64,000 bases of DNA, from NCBI GenBank assembly GCA_017961575.1, contig JAGCXA010000021.1, positions 2,102-66,101 of the forward strand, in the 5' to 3' direction. The translations under genes and the position numbers were made by a program. The notes below the pieces were generated by a model, which saw only the letters and a program-made list of their open reading frames with translations, did no database searches and was not told where the DNA came from. Shown here piece after piece: positions 46,381 through 56,165 of the stretch (position 1 is the first letter of the stretch; every line of letters starts with the position of its first letter). This DNA is from Clostridia bacterium. Its GTDB lineage: Bacteria; Bacillota; Clostridia; Oscillospirales; CAG-272.

Positions 46381-47237
46381 TTCAGCGTTTCCTTTCCTTC
46401 CAGGAGGATCGGCAGGACGGCGATCGCCGTTCCCGCCGCAAACGAGAGCGAGAGAAACAGGTCGGGGACGAGGGCGGATCGGTCGAGCGGATACCAATTC
46501 CACTCGCCGCGCCCGGTAAAGAGCGGCAGGAGCGCCGGGACGAGAAGCAGGACGAGTCCGACCGACAGGATCGCGTCGCGCGCCGAGCGCGGTTCGGTCA
46601 CAGCCCGCGTCGCGCCGGGCAGTCCGTAGCCCCTCGCCCGCATACCGTCCGCCTGATCCATCGATTCTTCAAGCGTCAGTGTCAGAAGGATCGAGAGGTC
46701 GGTCAGGCGCGCGCGAAGGACGTTCAGCATACCCCGTCCCCGCGACAGTCCGAGCGCGCCGCGCGCGTCCGAGATCTCGCGGTAGCGCGTCCGCATCCGG
46801 GGGATAAAGCCGAGCGTCATCCGGAGCAGAAGCGCCAGCCGCGGGAGCCGCCGTTTGAAAAGCGAAAGCATCCGATCGCCGGGAAGCGAGCGCGACATAC
46901 AGGCGCAGAAGAGGATGACCGAAAGGATCATCAAGCCCGAAAAGACCCCCGCCAGCCCCGCTTCGAGCGTGATCGGCTTTCCGTTTAAGAAAAAGAGGAT
47001 CTTCGCGCCGCGGTGGACGAGGAACAGGTTGATCGCGGTCACGCTCAAAAGAAGAAGCAGGGCGATCGGCACGCCCGCGAGCGTCCTTTTCACCCCGATC
47101 TGCACCGCGCGGAGCAGAACGGCGGAAACGAAGAGGGAGAGAAGCGCGACGGGATGGGTCGCCGTCATCGTCAGAACGAGGATCGCGCAATAGAAGGCGA
47201 AGACCGTCAAGGGATGCAGTCGGTCGGCGTAGGTCAC
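46353..47237 (-). CDS. ECF transporter transmembrane component (EcfT/CbiQ family)
   Basis: ADRLHPLTVFAFY..., polytopic. Start uncertain (GTG 47237 with a GGGGGA RBS preferred over ATG 47333, which would overlap the epimerase gene and its terminator). Confidence 0.65.
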   Translation of the reverse strand: MTYADRLHPLTVFAFYCAILVLTMTATHPVALLSLFVSAVLLRAVQIGVKRTLAGVPIALLLLLSVTAINLFLVHRGAKILFFLNGKPITLEAGLAGVFSGLMILSVILFCACMSRSLPGDRMLSLFKRRLPRLALLLRMTLGFIPRMRTRYREISDARGALGLSRGRGMLNVLRARLTDLSILLTLTLEESMDQADGMRARGYGLPGATRAVTEPRSARDAILSVGLVLLLVPALLPLFTGRGEWNWYPLDRSALVPDLFLSLSFAAGTAIAVLPILLEGKETLKWHILRSRI

Positions 47238-47277
47238 GGCGTCTTTTTCCCCCTTTCTTTTGGTTTGAAAAACGGGA

Positions 47278-47302
47278 GATCCCCCAAAACGGGCGGGGGA
47301 TC
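47278..47302 (-). terminator. Terminator-like hairpin between the epimerase and ECF genes
   Basis: gatccccc-9 nt-gggggatc, followed on the minus strand by tcccgttttt. Confidence 0.5.
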
Positions 47303-47308
47303 GGTTTT

Positions 47309-48379
47309 TTACAGATAGTAGGCGCGATACCACGCGGCGAAACGCCGCAGTCCCTCCCGGAGCGGGGTGTCGGGGCGGAATCCGGTGTCGTTTTCAAGCG
47401 CCGACACGTCGGCGTAGGTCGCCGGGACGTCCCCCGGCTGCATCGGGACGAGTTCCTTGTGCGCGTCGAAGTCGTAGTCGGCGGGAAGGATCCCCGCGCG
47501 GATCAGTTCCTCCTGCAAAACCTTTACGAAGTCGAGCAGGTTTTCGGGATGGCTGTTCCCGATATTGTAGAGCCGGACGGGCGGGATCGGAAGTCCGTCC
47601 TCCCCGGTCTTCTTTTCGGGGGCGCGTACCATCACGCGGCGGATCCCCTCTACGACGTCGTCGACGTAGGTAAAGTCGCGCAGGCAGTTCCCGTAGTTGA
47701 AGATCCGGATGACGTCTCCCCGTCTCAGTTTGTCGGTGAAGCCGAAGTACGCCATATCGGGGCGCCCGGCGGGTCCGTAGACCGTGAAGAAGCGCAGCCC
47801 CGTCGACGGGATGCCGTAGAGTTTCGCGTAGGCGTGCGCGAAGAGTTCGTTCGATTTTTTGGTCGCGGCGTAGAGCGAAACTGGGTTGTCGACCTTATCG
47901 TCGGTCGAATACGGCACCTTTTTGTTCGCGCCGTAGACCGAGGACGAGGAGGCGTAGACGAGGTGCGAAACGGGATAGCGGCGGCAACATTCGAGCACGT
48001 TATAGAAGCCGACGACGTTGCTCGAAAGGTAGGCGTCGGGATGGTCGATGGAATACCGAACGCCCGCCTGCGCGGCTAAATTGACAACCACCCCCGGCTT
48101 GTATTCGCGGAAAACCCGCTCGACGGCTTCCCGGTCGGCAAGGTCGCCGCGAACGAAGACCCAGCGGTTGTCGGGGCGGCTCTTCGCCGTCTCTTCGATC
48201 TCGCGGAGGCGATACTCTTTGAGCCCGACGTCGTAGTAATCGTTCAGATTGTCGAAGCCGACGACGGTGATCCCCTCCTCGGAGGAGAGCAGTCCCCTCG
48301 CCAGATTGGCGCCGATGAACCCGGCGGCTCCGGTCAAAAGGACGGTTTGGTTTTTCAATTCGAGGTTTTGTGCGATCAT
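47309..48379 (-). CDS. NAD-dependent nucleotide-sugar epimerase (UDP-glucuronate 4-epimerase/CapI-like)
   Basis: Start at ATG 48379 (ATGA overlap with the upstream stop). VLLTGAAGFIGANL...YAATKKSNE... The track ORF is over-extended by 181 codons. Confidence 0.88.
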   Translation of the reverse strand: MIAQNLELKNQTVLLTGAAGFIGANLARGLLSSEEGITVVGFDNLNDYYDVGLKEYRLREIEETAKSRPDNRWVFVRGDLADREAVERVFREYKPGVVVNLAAQAGVRYSIDHPDAYLSSNVVGFYNVLECCRRYPVSHLVYASSSSVYGANKKVPYSTDDKVDNPVSLYAATKKSNELFAHAYAKLYGIPSTGLRFFTVYGPAGRPDMAYFGFTDKLRRGDVIRIFNYGNCLRDFTYVDDVVEGIRRVMVRAPEKKTGEDGLPIPPVRLYNIGNSHPENLLDFVKVLQEELIRAGILPADYDFDAHKELVPMQPGDVPATYADVSALENDTGFRPDTPLREGLRRFAAWYRAYYL

Positions 48380-49113
48380 ACGCGGACGCCTCCGTAGTTC
48401 TTTTTGACTTCTTCGTAACTTTTCAGGTCGCCGACGTCGTAGCGGTTGCCCGGCATCTCCATCGCGTAAACCGGGGACACCGACGAGAGCCACGCGATGA
48501 AACTGCCCGGCGCGTCGACGCCGCACCCGGCGGCGATCCCCTCCGCCACGCGGCGCGCGTCCTCCCGCGTGAAGCGGTAGAAGGGCGGACAGCACCAATG
48601 GGACCTCGGTTCCGCGGGCTTTTCGACCATCGAGAGGATGCGGTCGTTTTCGTCGACGTCGAGCACGCCGCACTTTTTCAGCCGCTCGACCGACGGCTCG
48701 TAGTAGCGAAGCACGCAGGACGCGCGTTTCCCTTCCGCGTAGTCGAGGAAGCGGGCGAGCGAAAAGTCCAGCAGATTGTCCCCCGCGACGACGAGCAGAT
48801 CCTCGTCGAGCGAAAGTTCTCGGATCGCGAGCGCGACGTCGCGCACCGCGCCGAGACGGTCCTCGTTCCGCTCGGTCCCGTCGTCGAGGACGGCGACGGG
48901 CAGGGTCTTCCCCTTCGCCCAATCGGTGAAACAGCGCGCGAACTTGTGATTGGAGATCACGACGTAGCCGTCGATCTTGCCGGTGGAGTCAAGGTCATCG
49001 AGCAGATGGTCGAGGATGGATTTTCCCCGGACTTCAAGGAGGGGTTTCGGGAAGTTTTCGGTCAGCGGGTAGAGCCGGGTGGCGTACCCCGCCGCGAGGA
49101 TCAGGCATTTCAT
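48376..49113 (-). CDS. Sugar-phosphate nucleotidyltransferase
   Basis: MKCLILAAGYATRLYPLTENFPKPLLEV... Confidence 0.8.
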   Translation of the reverse strand: MKCLILAAGYATRLYPLTENFPKPLLEVRGKSILDHLLDDLDSTGKIDGYVVISNHKFARCFTDWAKGKTLPVAVLDDGTERNEDRLGAVRDVALAIRELSLDEDLLVVAGDNLLDFSLARFLDYAEGKRASCVLRYYEPSVERLKKCGVLDVDENDRILSMVEKPAEPRSHWCCPPFYRFTREDARRVAEGIAAGCGVDAPGSFIAWLSSVSPVYAMEMPGNRYDVGDLKSYEEVKKNYGGVRV

Positions 49114-49209
49114 TTCGGTCGGATTCCTTTCGTTCCCGTCGTAGGGCGGGCGCTTTTTTGTTCGGGGTTACAAAACAGGGGAATGCGGACGGATTCCCGT
49201 CGGTTCGGG

Positions 49210-49893
49210 TCAGTTGGCGGCGTAGAGCCGGTTGTCGGTCGGAAGAGAGGCGAAGTCGATCTTCGCGGCGGCGGCGCGGGTCGTGACCTGACGCTCCGCC
49301 AGCGTGCAGAACGCGGAAAAATCCTCGTCGCTCATCGCCGAGACGTAGGCGTCGGCTTCACTCTGGCAGAGCAGCGCGCGGCGCACGGTCTCGTAGGTAA
49401 ACCCGATCTTTTTCGCCGCGGCGTTATACGCCCCCTCGGTGTTCAGCTCATATTGCAGAAGGCGGCGATGGACCTCCTCCGCCCCCTCGCGCGTTTTCGC
49501 GGAAAGGGTCTCCCCCGCGTCCTCGAAGAGCGCCGAGCCGAAAACGATCCTGCCGATCCATCTGTCGGCGGCGGCGCGCGCCTCCTCGGCGCGGGTGATC
49601 CCCGATTCGGTTTCACTCGCCCAGAACGCCGGGGTATCGGCGGCGGCGGGATCGCTGCGCACAGCCGAAACGAGATAGGAATACTTGTATTCCGAGAGCC
49701 AATAGAGGTAGAGGTCGCGGCGGACGGTGACCGATCCGTACGAGATCATCACCTCGCCCCGCGAACGGAAAACGCCGAGCGGGATAAAGATCGCCGAGAG
49801 GATCAGCGCCGCCGTCACCGCGAGAACGGTGATGAAGAACGCGCGGTTGCCGCGCCGGGAGCGGGTCCGGGCGGTGTTATCCGATCTTGCCAT
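49210..49893 (-). CDS. Hypothetical membrane-anchored protein
   Basis: 227 aa with an N-terminal TM segment (AFFITVLAVTAALILSAIFIPLGVF). Overlaps the mfd stop by 17 nt. Confidence 0.55.
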   Translation of the reverse strand: MARSDNTARTRSRRGNRAFFITVLAVTAALILSAIFIPLGVFRSRGEVMISYGSVTVRRDLYLYWLSEYKYSYLVSAVRSDPAAADTPAFWASETESGITRAEEARAAADRWIGRIVFGSALFEDAGETLSAKTREGAEEVHRRLLQYELNTEGAYNAAAKKIGFTYETVRRALLCQSEADAYVSAMSDEDFSAFCTLAERQVTTRAAAAKIDFASLPTDNRLYAAN

Positions 49894-52800
49894 TGCCTTC
49901 CTCCTTCGTTTGCGGTTCGGGATGCAGTTCTTTCTTTTTTTCTTCGTAGAGGAGCAGGACGCGGGCGGCGGATTCCGCCGCGTCTTCGCCGCGGTTCGGA
50001 CGCAGGAAAACCCCGGCGTCGCGACCGCCGCCGAAGCGGAGTCCCGGTCGTTCTGCGAACACGAGCGCCCAGACCGAGAGGTCGCCGACTCCCTTCGCCG
50101 TGAAGCGGATGTCGCTTGGGCGGAACTCGACCTTGGTCAGCCCGATCCGGGAAGCCGCGGCGCGGAGCAGCGAGAGCCAGAGCAGACGCCGCGTCTCCTT
50201 CGGCGGTTCGCCGAAGCGTTCGCGGAATTCGGTCTCGACGTCGGAAAGGTCGTCTTCGGAGAGGATCAGCGAGATCTTCTTATACATCTCCATCCGATGC
50301 GCCGAGAGCGGGATATAGGACGCGGGAATATTCGCCGAATCGGGATACTCGATCTTCGCCTCGCTGACTTCCCGCGCGACCTTGCCCTGTTCTTCGAGGA
50401 TCGCCTCGTTCAGAAGCCGGATATAGAGGTCGTAGCCGACCGAGTCGATGTGCCCGTGCTGTTCGGCGCCGAGCAGGTTCCCCGCCCCGCGGATCTCAAG
50501 GTCGCGGAGCGCGATCTTAAATCCCGCGCCGAATTCGGCGTATTCGCGGATCGCCGAGAGCCGTTTGACGGCGATCTCGGAGAGCGCCTTGCCGGGGCGG
50601 AAGGTGAAGTAGGCGTAGGCGTGGCGGCTGCTCCGTCCGACCCGTCCCCGGATCTGGTGAAGCTGCGAGAGCCCCATCCGGTCGGCGTTCTCGATGATCA
50701 GCGTATTGGCGTTCGGGAGATCGACGCCCGTCTCGATGATGGTGGTGCAGACAAGAACGTCGATCTCGCCCCGGACGAGCGACTGCCAGATGTCTTCGAG
50801 TTCGTCCTTCTCCATCCGTCCGTGGGCGTAGGCGACCCGCGCCTCGGGGAGCGCGCGTTTGACGCGCCCGGCGACGAGGTCGATGTCGTCAATCTTGTTA
50901 TAGAGGTAGAGCACCTGTCCGCCGCGGGCGAGTTCCCGCCGCATCGCCTCGCCGATCACGACGTCGTCGTGCGCGAGGACGAAGGTCTCGACGGGATGGC
51001 GGTCGCCCGGCGCCTCGTCGAGGATCGACATATCGCGGATGCCGCTCATCGCCATATTCAGCGTGCGCGGGATCGGGGTGGCGGTCAGGGTGAGAACGTC
51101 GACGTCGGCGGCGAGTTTTTTCAGTTTTTCCTTCTGCGCGACGCCGAACCGCTGTTCCTCGTCGACGACGAGCAGTCCGAGATCGCGGAAGGAGACCGAC
51201 GCGCCGAGCAGGGCGTGGGTCCCGACGATGAGGTCGATCTCGCCGCGTTTGAGCCGCCGGAGAATGGCGGCGGACTCCTTCGGGGAACGGAAACGCGAAA
51301 GCATCTCGACCGTCACGGGGAATCCCCGCATCCGTGAGAGCGCGGTCTGATAATGTTGCAGGGCGAGGATGGTGGTCGGGACGAGGATCGCGACCTGTTT
51401 GCCCGACACGATCGCCTTGAAGGCGGCGCGGAGCGCGACCTCGGTCTTCCCGTATCCGACGTCCCCGCAGAGAAGGCGGTCCATCGGCACGGGGCGGAGC
51501 ATATCGGACTTGATCTCGCGGATCGCCTCGGTCTGGGATTCGGTCTCCTCGAACTCGAAGGCGTCGGCGAACTCGCGCTCCATCTCGCCGTCGGGCGAGA
51601 ACGCGAAGCCGGGGCGGCGCTGACGGCGGGCGTAAAGGTCGATCAGTTCCTTCGCCATTTCCTTCGCCGCCGTTTTCGCCTTCGCCTTGGCTTTTCCCCA
51701 TTCGGGTCCGCCGAGGCGGGAGAGCCGGACGGTTCCGTCCTCCGCCTTCGCGCCGATGTAGCGCGAGATCATTTCAAGCCGCTCGGCGGGAAGGAAGAGT
51801 TTGTCGGTCCCGGCGTAGCGGATAGCGATATAGTCGCGGGTCGCCCCGGCGACGGTGATGGTCTCGATCCCCTCGAAGACCCCGATCCCGTAGTTCGCGT
51901 GGACGACGTAGTCGCCCTCGGACAGGTCGGCGTAGGAGAGGATGCGCTTTCCCGCCGACGCCTTGTGACGGGATCTTTGCTGCCGGCGGCGGACCGCGTC
52001 GGCGCGTTCCTCGTCGGTGCGGGTGGTCAACACCGCGACGCGGGCGTTGAGCAGATCATAGCCGGACGAGACGGCGCCGATCCCGACGGTGATCGCCCCG
52101 GGCAAAACGGTCTCGGCGTCGGGGATCGCGTCGGACGGGGCGCGGCGGGCGGGCAGATCGCGTTCGCGGAGCGAGTCGGTCAGCGCCTCCGCCTCCGCGT
52201 CGGATCCGGCGAGAAGCAGGATGCGGTATCCGCCCGCAAGGAAGGAACCGATCTCCTCGGAAAGCATCTCGAAGCGCCCGGCGTAGGAGACGGTACGGCG
52301 GCAACGGAAGCCGAACAGCCCCGCGAGCCGGGTCGCGCCCACCCCGCCCCCGAAGGGATTGACGTGGACGGCGACCGACCCCGAAAGCAGGCGGTCGAGT
52401 CCCGCCGACGTCGGGGGCGTGATCGCGTATTTCCCGACGAGAACCCCCGCGTCAAGCAGGTTCTTGATCGTCTCGACGACCAAAGCGGACTGCCCTTCAA
52501 GTCGCTCCCGCACCTCGTTCGTGCCGAGCAGGAACACGACGGGATGCCCGCTTCCCGGAAGGAAATCCGGGAGAGTCGACGAATCGGGAGATACGAGCGG
52601 AAAGTATTTGTCAAGGAAGGAAAGATCGGTCCCGCGTTCGAGCGCCGCAAGTTCGGCGGCGTAGACCTCGCGGGCGTGCGCCTTCGCGTCGGCGTCGGGG
52701 TCGGGGGGCGCCGTTTTGCTCCGTCCCGCGCGCGGCGCGGGCAGGCGGGCGAGTTCCCCCGAAACGATCTCGCGCACGCGGGCAAGCGCGTCCGCCGTCG

Positions 52801-53515
52801 GAACGATCTCGCGCGCCGGAAGGAGCGTGACGGGGTCGGTAAGCGTTTCGGTGATGCGCTGGGTCAGAGGATCGAAGCGGCAGATCCTGTCGACCTCGTC
52901 CCCGAAGAAATCGAACCGGAACGGCGACGTTTCGCCGCCGGGAAAGACGTCGACGATCCCGCCGCGCCGGGTGAACTGCCCCGCGGATTCGACCGTATCG
53001 ACGCGACGGTACCCGTTCTCGGAAAGGATCTCCGAAAGCACGTCGGGGGAGAGGATCGAGCCGGAGGAAAGGACCGTTCCGGCGTCGGCGAGCCGTTCGG
53101 CGGAGACGGTCGGCTGCAAGGCGGCGAAGGGGGTGGTGACGACGGCGTCGAACTCGCCGGACAGCGCGCGGTACAACACGGAAAGCCGCTCACGTTCAAG
53201 ATCGTGAGAGGCAGTCATATGATGGAGGCAGAATTCGCGTGCGGGGTAGGCGGCGGCGGTGAGCCCCGCGTCGCACAGCATCGCCGCGACGCGCACCGCT
53301 TCGCTCTCGTCCCGGGTGAAAACCATCGCGGGGCGGCGCGAGGGGTCGGCGCGGTGATCCCGGATCGCCTCCGCGAGGAAGGCGTCCGCCGCCCCGCCCG
53401 AGAGTCCGTTGACGACGATGGGAAGCGGCGTTTTCGCCGCCGTCGTCTCGGAGAGCGTCAGCGACGCGCTCCGGAACTCTCTGTCCAGGCGGATCGGATT
53501 GGTGATTCTTTGCAT
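49877..53515 (-). CDS. mfd: Transcription-repair coupling factor
   Basis: 1212 aa. DRLLCGDVGYGKTEVALRAAF, LVVDEEQRFGV, SQLHQIRGRVGRS helicase motifs. Confidence 0.95.
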   Translation of the reverse strand: MQRITNPIRLDREFRSASLTLSETTAAKTPLPIVVNGLSGGAADAFLAEAIRDHRADPSRRPAMVFTRDESEAVRVAAMLCDAGLTAAAYPAREFCLHHMTASHDLERERLSVLYRALSGEFDAVVTTPFAALQPTVSAERLADAGTVLSSGSILSPDVLSEILSENGYRRVDTVESAGQFTRRGGIVDVFPGGETSPFRFDFFGDEVDRICRFDPLTQRITETLTDPVTLLPAREIVPTADALARVREIVSGELARLPAPRAGRSKTAPPDPDADAKAHAREVYAAELAALERGTDLSFLDKYFPLVSPDSSTLPDFLPGSGHPVVFLLGTNEVRERLEGQSALVVETIKNLLDAGVLVGKYAITPPTSAGLDRLLSGSVAVHVNPFGGGVGATRLAGLFGFRCRRTVSYAGRFEMLSEEIGSFLAGGYRILLLAGSDAEAEALTDSLRERDLPARRAPSDAIPDAETVLPGAITVGIGAVSSGYDLLNARVAVLTTRTDEERADAVRRRQQRSRHKASAGKRILSYADLSEGDYVVHANYGIGVFEGIETITVAGATRDYIAIRYAGTDKLFLPAERLEMISRYIGAKAEDGTVRLSRLGGPEWGKAKAKAKTAAKEMAKELIDLYARRQRRPGFAFSPDGEMEREFADAFEFEETESQTEAIREIKSDMLRPVPMDRLLCGDVGYGKTEVALRAAFKAIVSGKQVAILVPTTILALQHYQTALSRMRGFPVTVEMLSRFRSPKESAAILRRLKRGEIDLIVGTHALLGASVSFRDLGLLVVDEEQRFGVAQKEKLKKLAADVDVLTLTATPIPRTLNMAMSGIRDMSILDEAPGDRHPVETFVLAHDDVVIGEAMRRELARGGQVLYLYNKIDDIDLVAGRVKRALPEARVAYAHGRMEKDELEDIWQSLVRGEIDVLVCTTIIETGVDLPNANTLIIENADRMGLSQLHQIRGRVGRSSRHAYAYFTFRPGKALSEIAVKRLSAIREYAEFGAGFKIALRDLEIRGAGNLLGAEQHGHIDSVGYDLYIRLLNEAILEEQGKVAREVSEAKIEYPDSANIPASYIPLSAHRMEMYKKISLILSEDDLSDVETEFRERFGEPPKETRRLLWLSLLRAAASRIGLTKVEFRPSDIRFTAKGVGDLSVWALVFAERPGLRFGGGRDAGVFLRPNRGEDAAESAARVLLLYEEKKKELHPEPQTKEEGNGKIG

Positions 53516-53530
53516 GGAGCGTCCTTTATC

Positions 53531-54163
53531 TCAATGGGAATAGCGGTTCATCGCAGTCTCGACGTCCCCCGAAACGACGAGGGTCGCGGCTTGGAAAAGA
53601 TCGTCGGCTTTGTCGGTGATCTTCTTCAGATCCTCCGGGGAAAGTTTGCCGAGCACCCAGTCGACGAGGTCGTATTCGGGGTGGGGTTTCTGCCCGACGC
53701 CGATCCGGATCCGGGGAAACGCCTCGCTTCCGAGTTGTTCGGTGATATTGCGCAGCCCATTGTGTCCGCCGTGCGAACCGCTCCGGCGGATACGGACGCG
53801 CCCGGGTTCAAACGAAATATCGTCGCAGAAAACGAGGATGCGTTCGGGCGGGATCTTGTAGAACGCCGCCGCCTCGCGTACCGACTCGCCGGACGAGTTC
53901 ATATAGGTCTCGGGTTTCAGGAAAAGCACGCCGTGACCCCCGAGCGCGCCGCGCCCGGTCAGCCCCTTATGGGCGGCGCGGTCGATCTTCACCCCCGCTT
54001 TTTCCGCGACGGCGTCGATCGCGATATACCCGGCGTTATGCCGCGTTCCGCGGTATTTGTCGCCCGGGTTGCCCAGCCCGACGACAAGCCACTCGACGGG
54101 CGGTTTCGGTTCCTCTTTTTTTCCGGCGAAGACGCGCCGGAACAGTTCGTTCAGATCGGTCAT
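53531..54163 (-). CDS. pth: Peptidyl-tRNA hydrolase
   Basis: WLVVGLGNPGDKYRGTRHNAGY...GSHGGHNGLRNI, with a ~25 aa N-terminal extension. Confidence 0.9.
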   Translation of the reverse strand: MTDLNELFRRVFAGKKEEPKPPVEWLVVGLGNPGDKYRGTRHNAGYIAIDAVAEKAGVKIDRAAHKGLTGRGALGGHGVLFLKPETYMNSSGESVREAAAFYKIPPERILVFCDDISFEPGRVRIRRSGSHGGHNGLRNITEQLGSEAFPRIRIGVGQKPHPEYDLVDWVLGKLSPEDLKKITDKADDLFQAATLVVSGDVETAMNRYSH

Positions 54164-54172
54164 ACCTCTCCT

Positions 54173-56086
54173 TTACCGTCCGCCGAGTGCGGCGTAGCGC
54201 GCGTCGAGATCGGCGATCCACGCCTCGCTTCCCGCGTCGCTCGGCATCGAAAAGCCGCCGCGCGGCGAGAGCGAGAGCGAACCGATCTTCGGTCCGTCCG
54301 GCATACACGAGCGTTTGAACTGCTGCGAGAAGAAGCGGCGGAAAAAGGTCTTTTCCCATCCGTAGATCGCGTCGAGCGAGTAGTCGGGGGAGAAAGCGCG
54401 GACGGCGAGCCGCAGGATCTTGCCCGGCGCAAATCCGTGCCGTACCGAGTACCAAAGGAAGAAATCGTGAAGTTCGTAGGGACCGACGATCCCCTCGGTC
54501 TTCTGCGCGATCTCGCCGTTTTCGGGCGGGAGCAGTTCGGGGCTGACCGGGGTGGCGAGAATATCCCGCAGAACGGCGGCGGCCGCCGTCTCTCCCTTTT
54601 CCTCGAATTCCGAGGCGATCGAGGCGACGAGGTGGCGCATCAGCGTCTTCGGCACGCCGGCGTTGACCCCGTACATCGACATCTGGTCGCCGTTGTAGGT
54701 CGCCCAGCCGAGCGCGAGTTCGGAGAGGTCTCCGGTCCCGACGACGAGACCGCCTTCCCCGTTCGCTATATCCATCAGGATCTGCGTGCGTTCGCGCGCC
54801 TGCGCGTTCTCGTAGACGGCGTTCGTGTTCTTCGGGTCGTGCCCGACGTCGGCAAAGTGCTGTTCGACCGCCCGATTGATCGGGATCTCCGAGAAGGACG
54901 CGCCGAGGGCTTCTGCAAGTTTCTCGGCGTTGCCGCGGGTGCGCCCCGTCGTGCCGAAGCCCGGCATCGTGACGGCGTGCACCGCCGTCCGGGGAAGCCC
55001 GATAAGATCGGCGGCGGCGACCGAGACGAGCAGAGCGAGGGTCGAATCGAGTCCGCCCGAAACCCCGACCACTGCGCTCTTCGCGTACGCCCGCTCCATC
55101 CGTCCCGCAAGCGCGCGCGCCTGGATTTTCAGGATCAGGTCGCACCGCCGTTTCAGTTCGGCGGGATCGGAGGGGACGAAGGGGAGACGGGGAACGGCGG
55201 GTGTCGGAACGTCCGCCTCGTGCAGATCGAATTCGGTTTTATCGTAGAGCGGCGCTCCGGATGTTTCCGTCTTTGCGCGGCGCCGCTCGGACAGGACGAG
55301 ATCGAGGTCGACCGTCGCCGACAGGATCGGGCGGTCGGAGAACGGCTCGGATTCGGCGACCGTTTTCCCGAGCGAGGCGACGATCCCCTGCCCCGAGAAA
55401 ACGAGGTCGGTGCCGCTCTCGCCCTTCCCCGCTCCGGCGTAGACGTACACCGCGCGGACGCGCGCGGAATGGAGCGAGACGAGCGTCCGCCGGAACGCCG
55501 CGCGACCGACGGTCTCGGGGTCGGCGGCAAGGTTCACGATCAGGGTCGCCCCCGCCGCGGCGTGACAGACCGAGGGGGGGACGGGGAGCGTCAGATCCTC
55601 CCCGATCTCACAGGCGACCGTGAGACGCGGCGCGCCCGACCGGGTAAAGAGTTGACGCGCGCCGAAAAGACAGGTCTCTCCGGCGTACGAAACGACCCGG
55701 TTCTCCTCCGGCGCCGGGGAAAAGACCCCGCTTGCCGCGGTTTTCGGCACAAGCCCGAGCAGCCGCCCGCGGAAGGCGACGGCGGCGGCGTTATACAGTT
55801 TTCCGTCCAGAGCGACGGGAAGCCCGACAAATGAGAGCAGATCGAGTTCCGCCGTTTCGTCGAGGTATGCGCGAAGCACCGTCTCGACCGTCTCGGTAAG
55901 GCAGGACGAGAGGTACAAGTCTCCCGCCGTCGCCCCCGTCAGGGCGAGTTCCGGCGTGACCGCGACCGAGACCCCCGCCTCCGCCGCCCGTTCGGCAAGC
56001 GAGACGAGTTCCCGGACGTTTTCCCCGGGATTGCAGACGCGCGCGTCCGGATTCAGCGCGCCGACGACAAGAAAGCCGTCTTTCAT
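54173..56086 (-). CDS. nadE: Glutamine-dependent NAD+ synthetase
   Basis: 637 aa. N-terminal CN-hydrolase domain plus VVGVSGGLDSTLALLV PP-loop. Confidence 0.9.
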   Translation of the reverse strand: MKDGFLVVGALNPDARVCNPGENVRELVSLAERAAEAGVSVAVTPELALTGATAGDLYLSSCLTETVETVLRAYLDETAELDLLSFVGLPVALDGKLYNAAAVAFRGRLLGLVPKTAASGVFSPAPEENRVVSYAGETCLFGARQLFTRSGAPRLTVACEIGEDLTLPVPPSVCHAAAGATLIVNLAADPETVGRAAFRRTLVSLHSARVRAVYVYAGAGKGESGTDLVFSGQGIVASLGKTVAESEPFSDRPILSATVDLDLVLSERRRAKTETSGAPLYDKTEFDLHEADVPTPAVPRLPFVPSDPAELKRRCDLILKIQARALAGRMERAYAKSAVVGVSGGLDSTLALLVSVAAADLIGLPRTAVHAVTMPGFGTTGRTRGNAEKLAEALGASFSEIPINRAVEQHFADVGHDPKNTNAVYENAQARERTQILMDIANGEGGLVVGTGDLSELALGWATYNGDQMSMYGVNAGVPKTLMRHLVASIASEFEEKGETAAAAVLRDILATPVSPELLPPENGEIAQKTEGIVGPYELHDFFLWYSVRHGFAPGKILRLAVRAFSPDYSLDAIYGWEKTFFRRFFSQQFKRSCMPDGPKIGSLSLSPRGGFSMPSDAGSEAWIADLDARYAALGGR

Positions 56087-56165
56087 ATCGAATCATCCTT
56101 TCCCGTTCTTCGTTTGGGATCGTATTCGCCCGAACGCCGCCGGGCGGCGAAGGGGCGGTTTTCGG

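Noticed and set aside
51353-55834. 1493-aa + strand ORF spanning mfd, pth and nadE on the opposite strand
   Set aside because: It crosses two intergenic gaps of real minus-strand genes and has biased R/G/D/E composition with no motifs. It is a shadow ORF.
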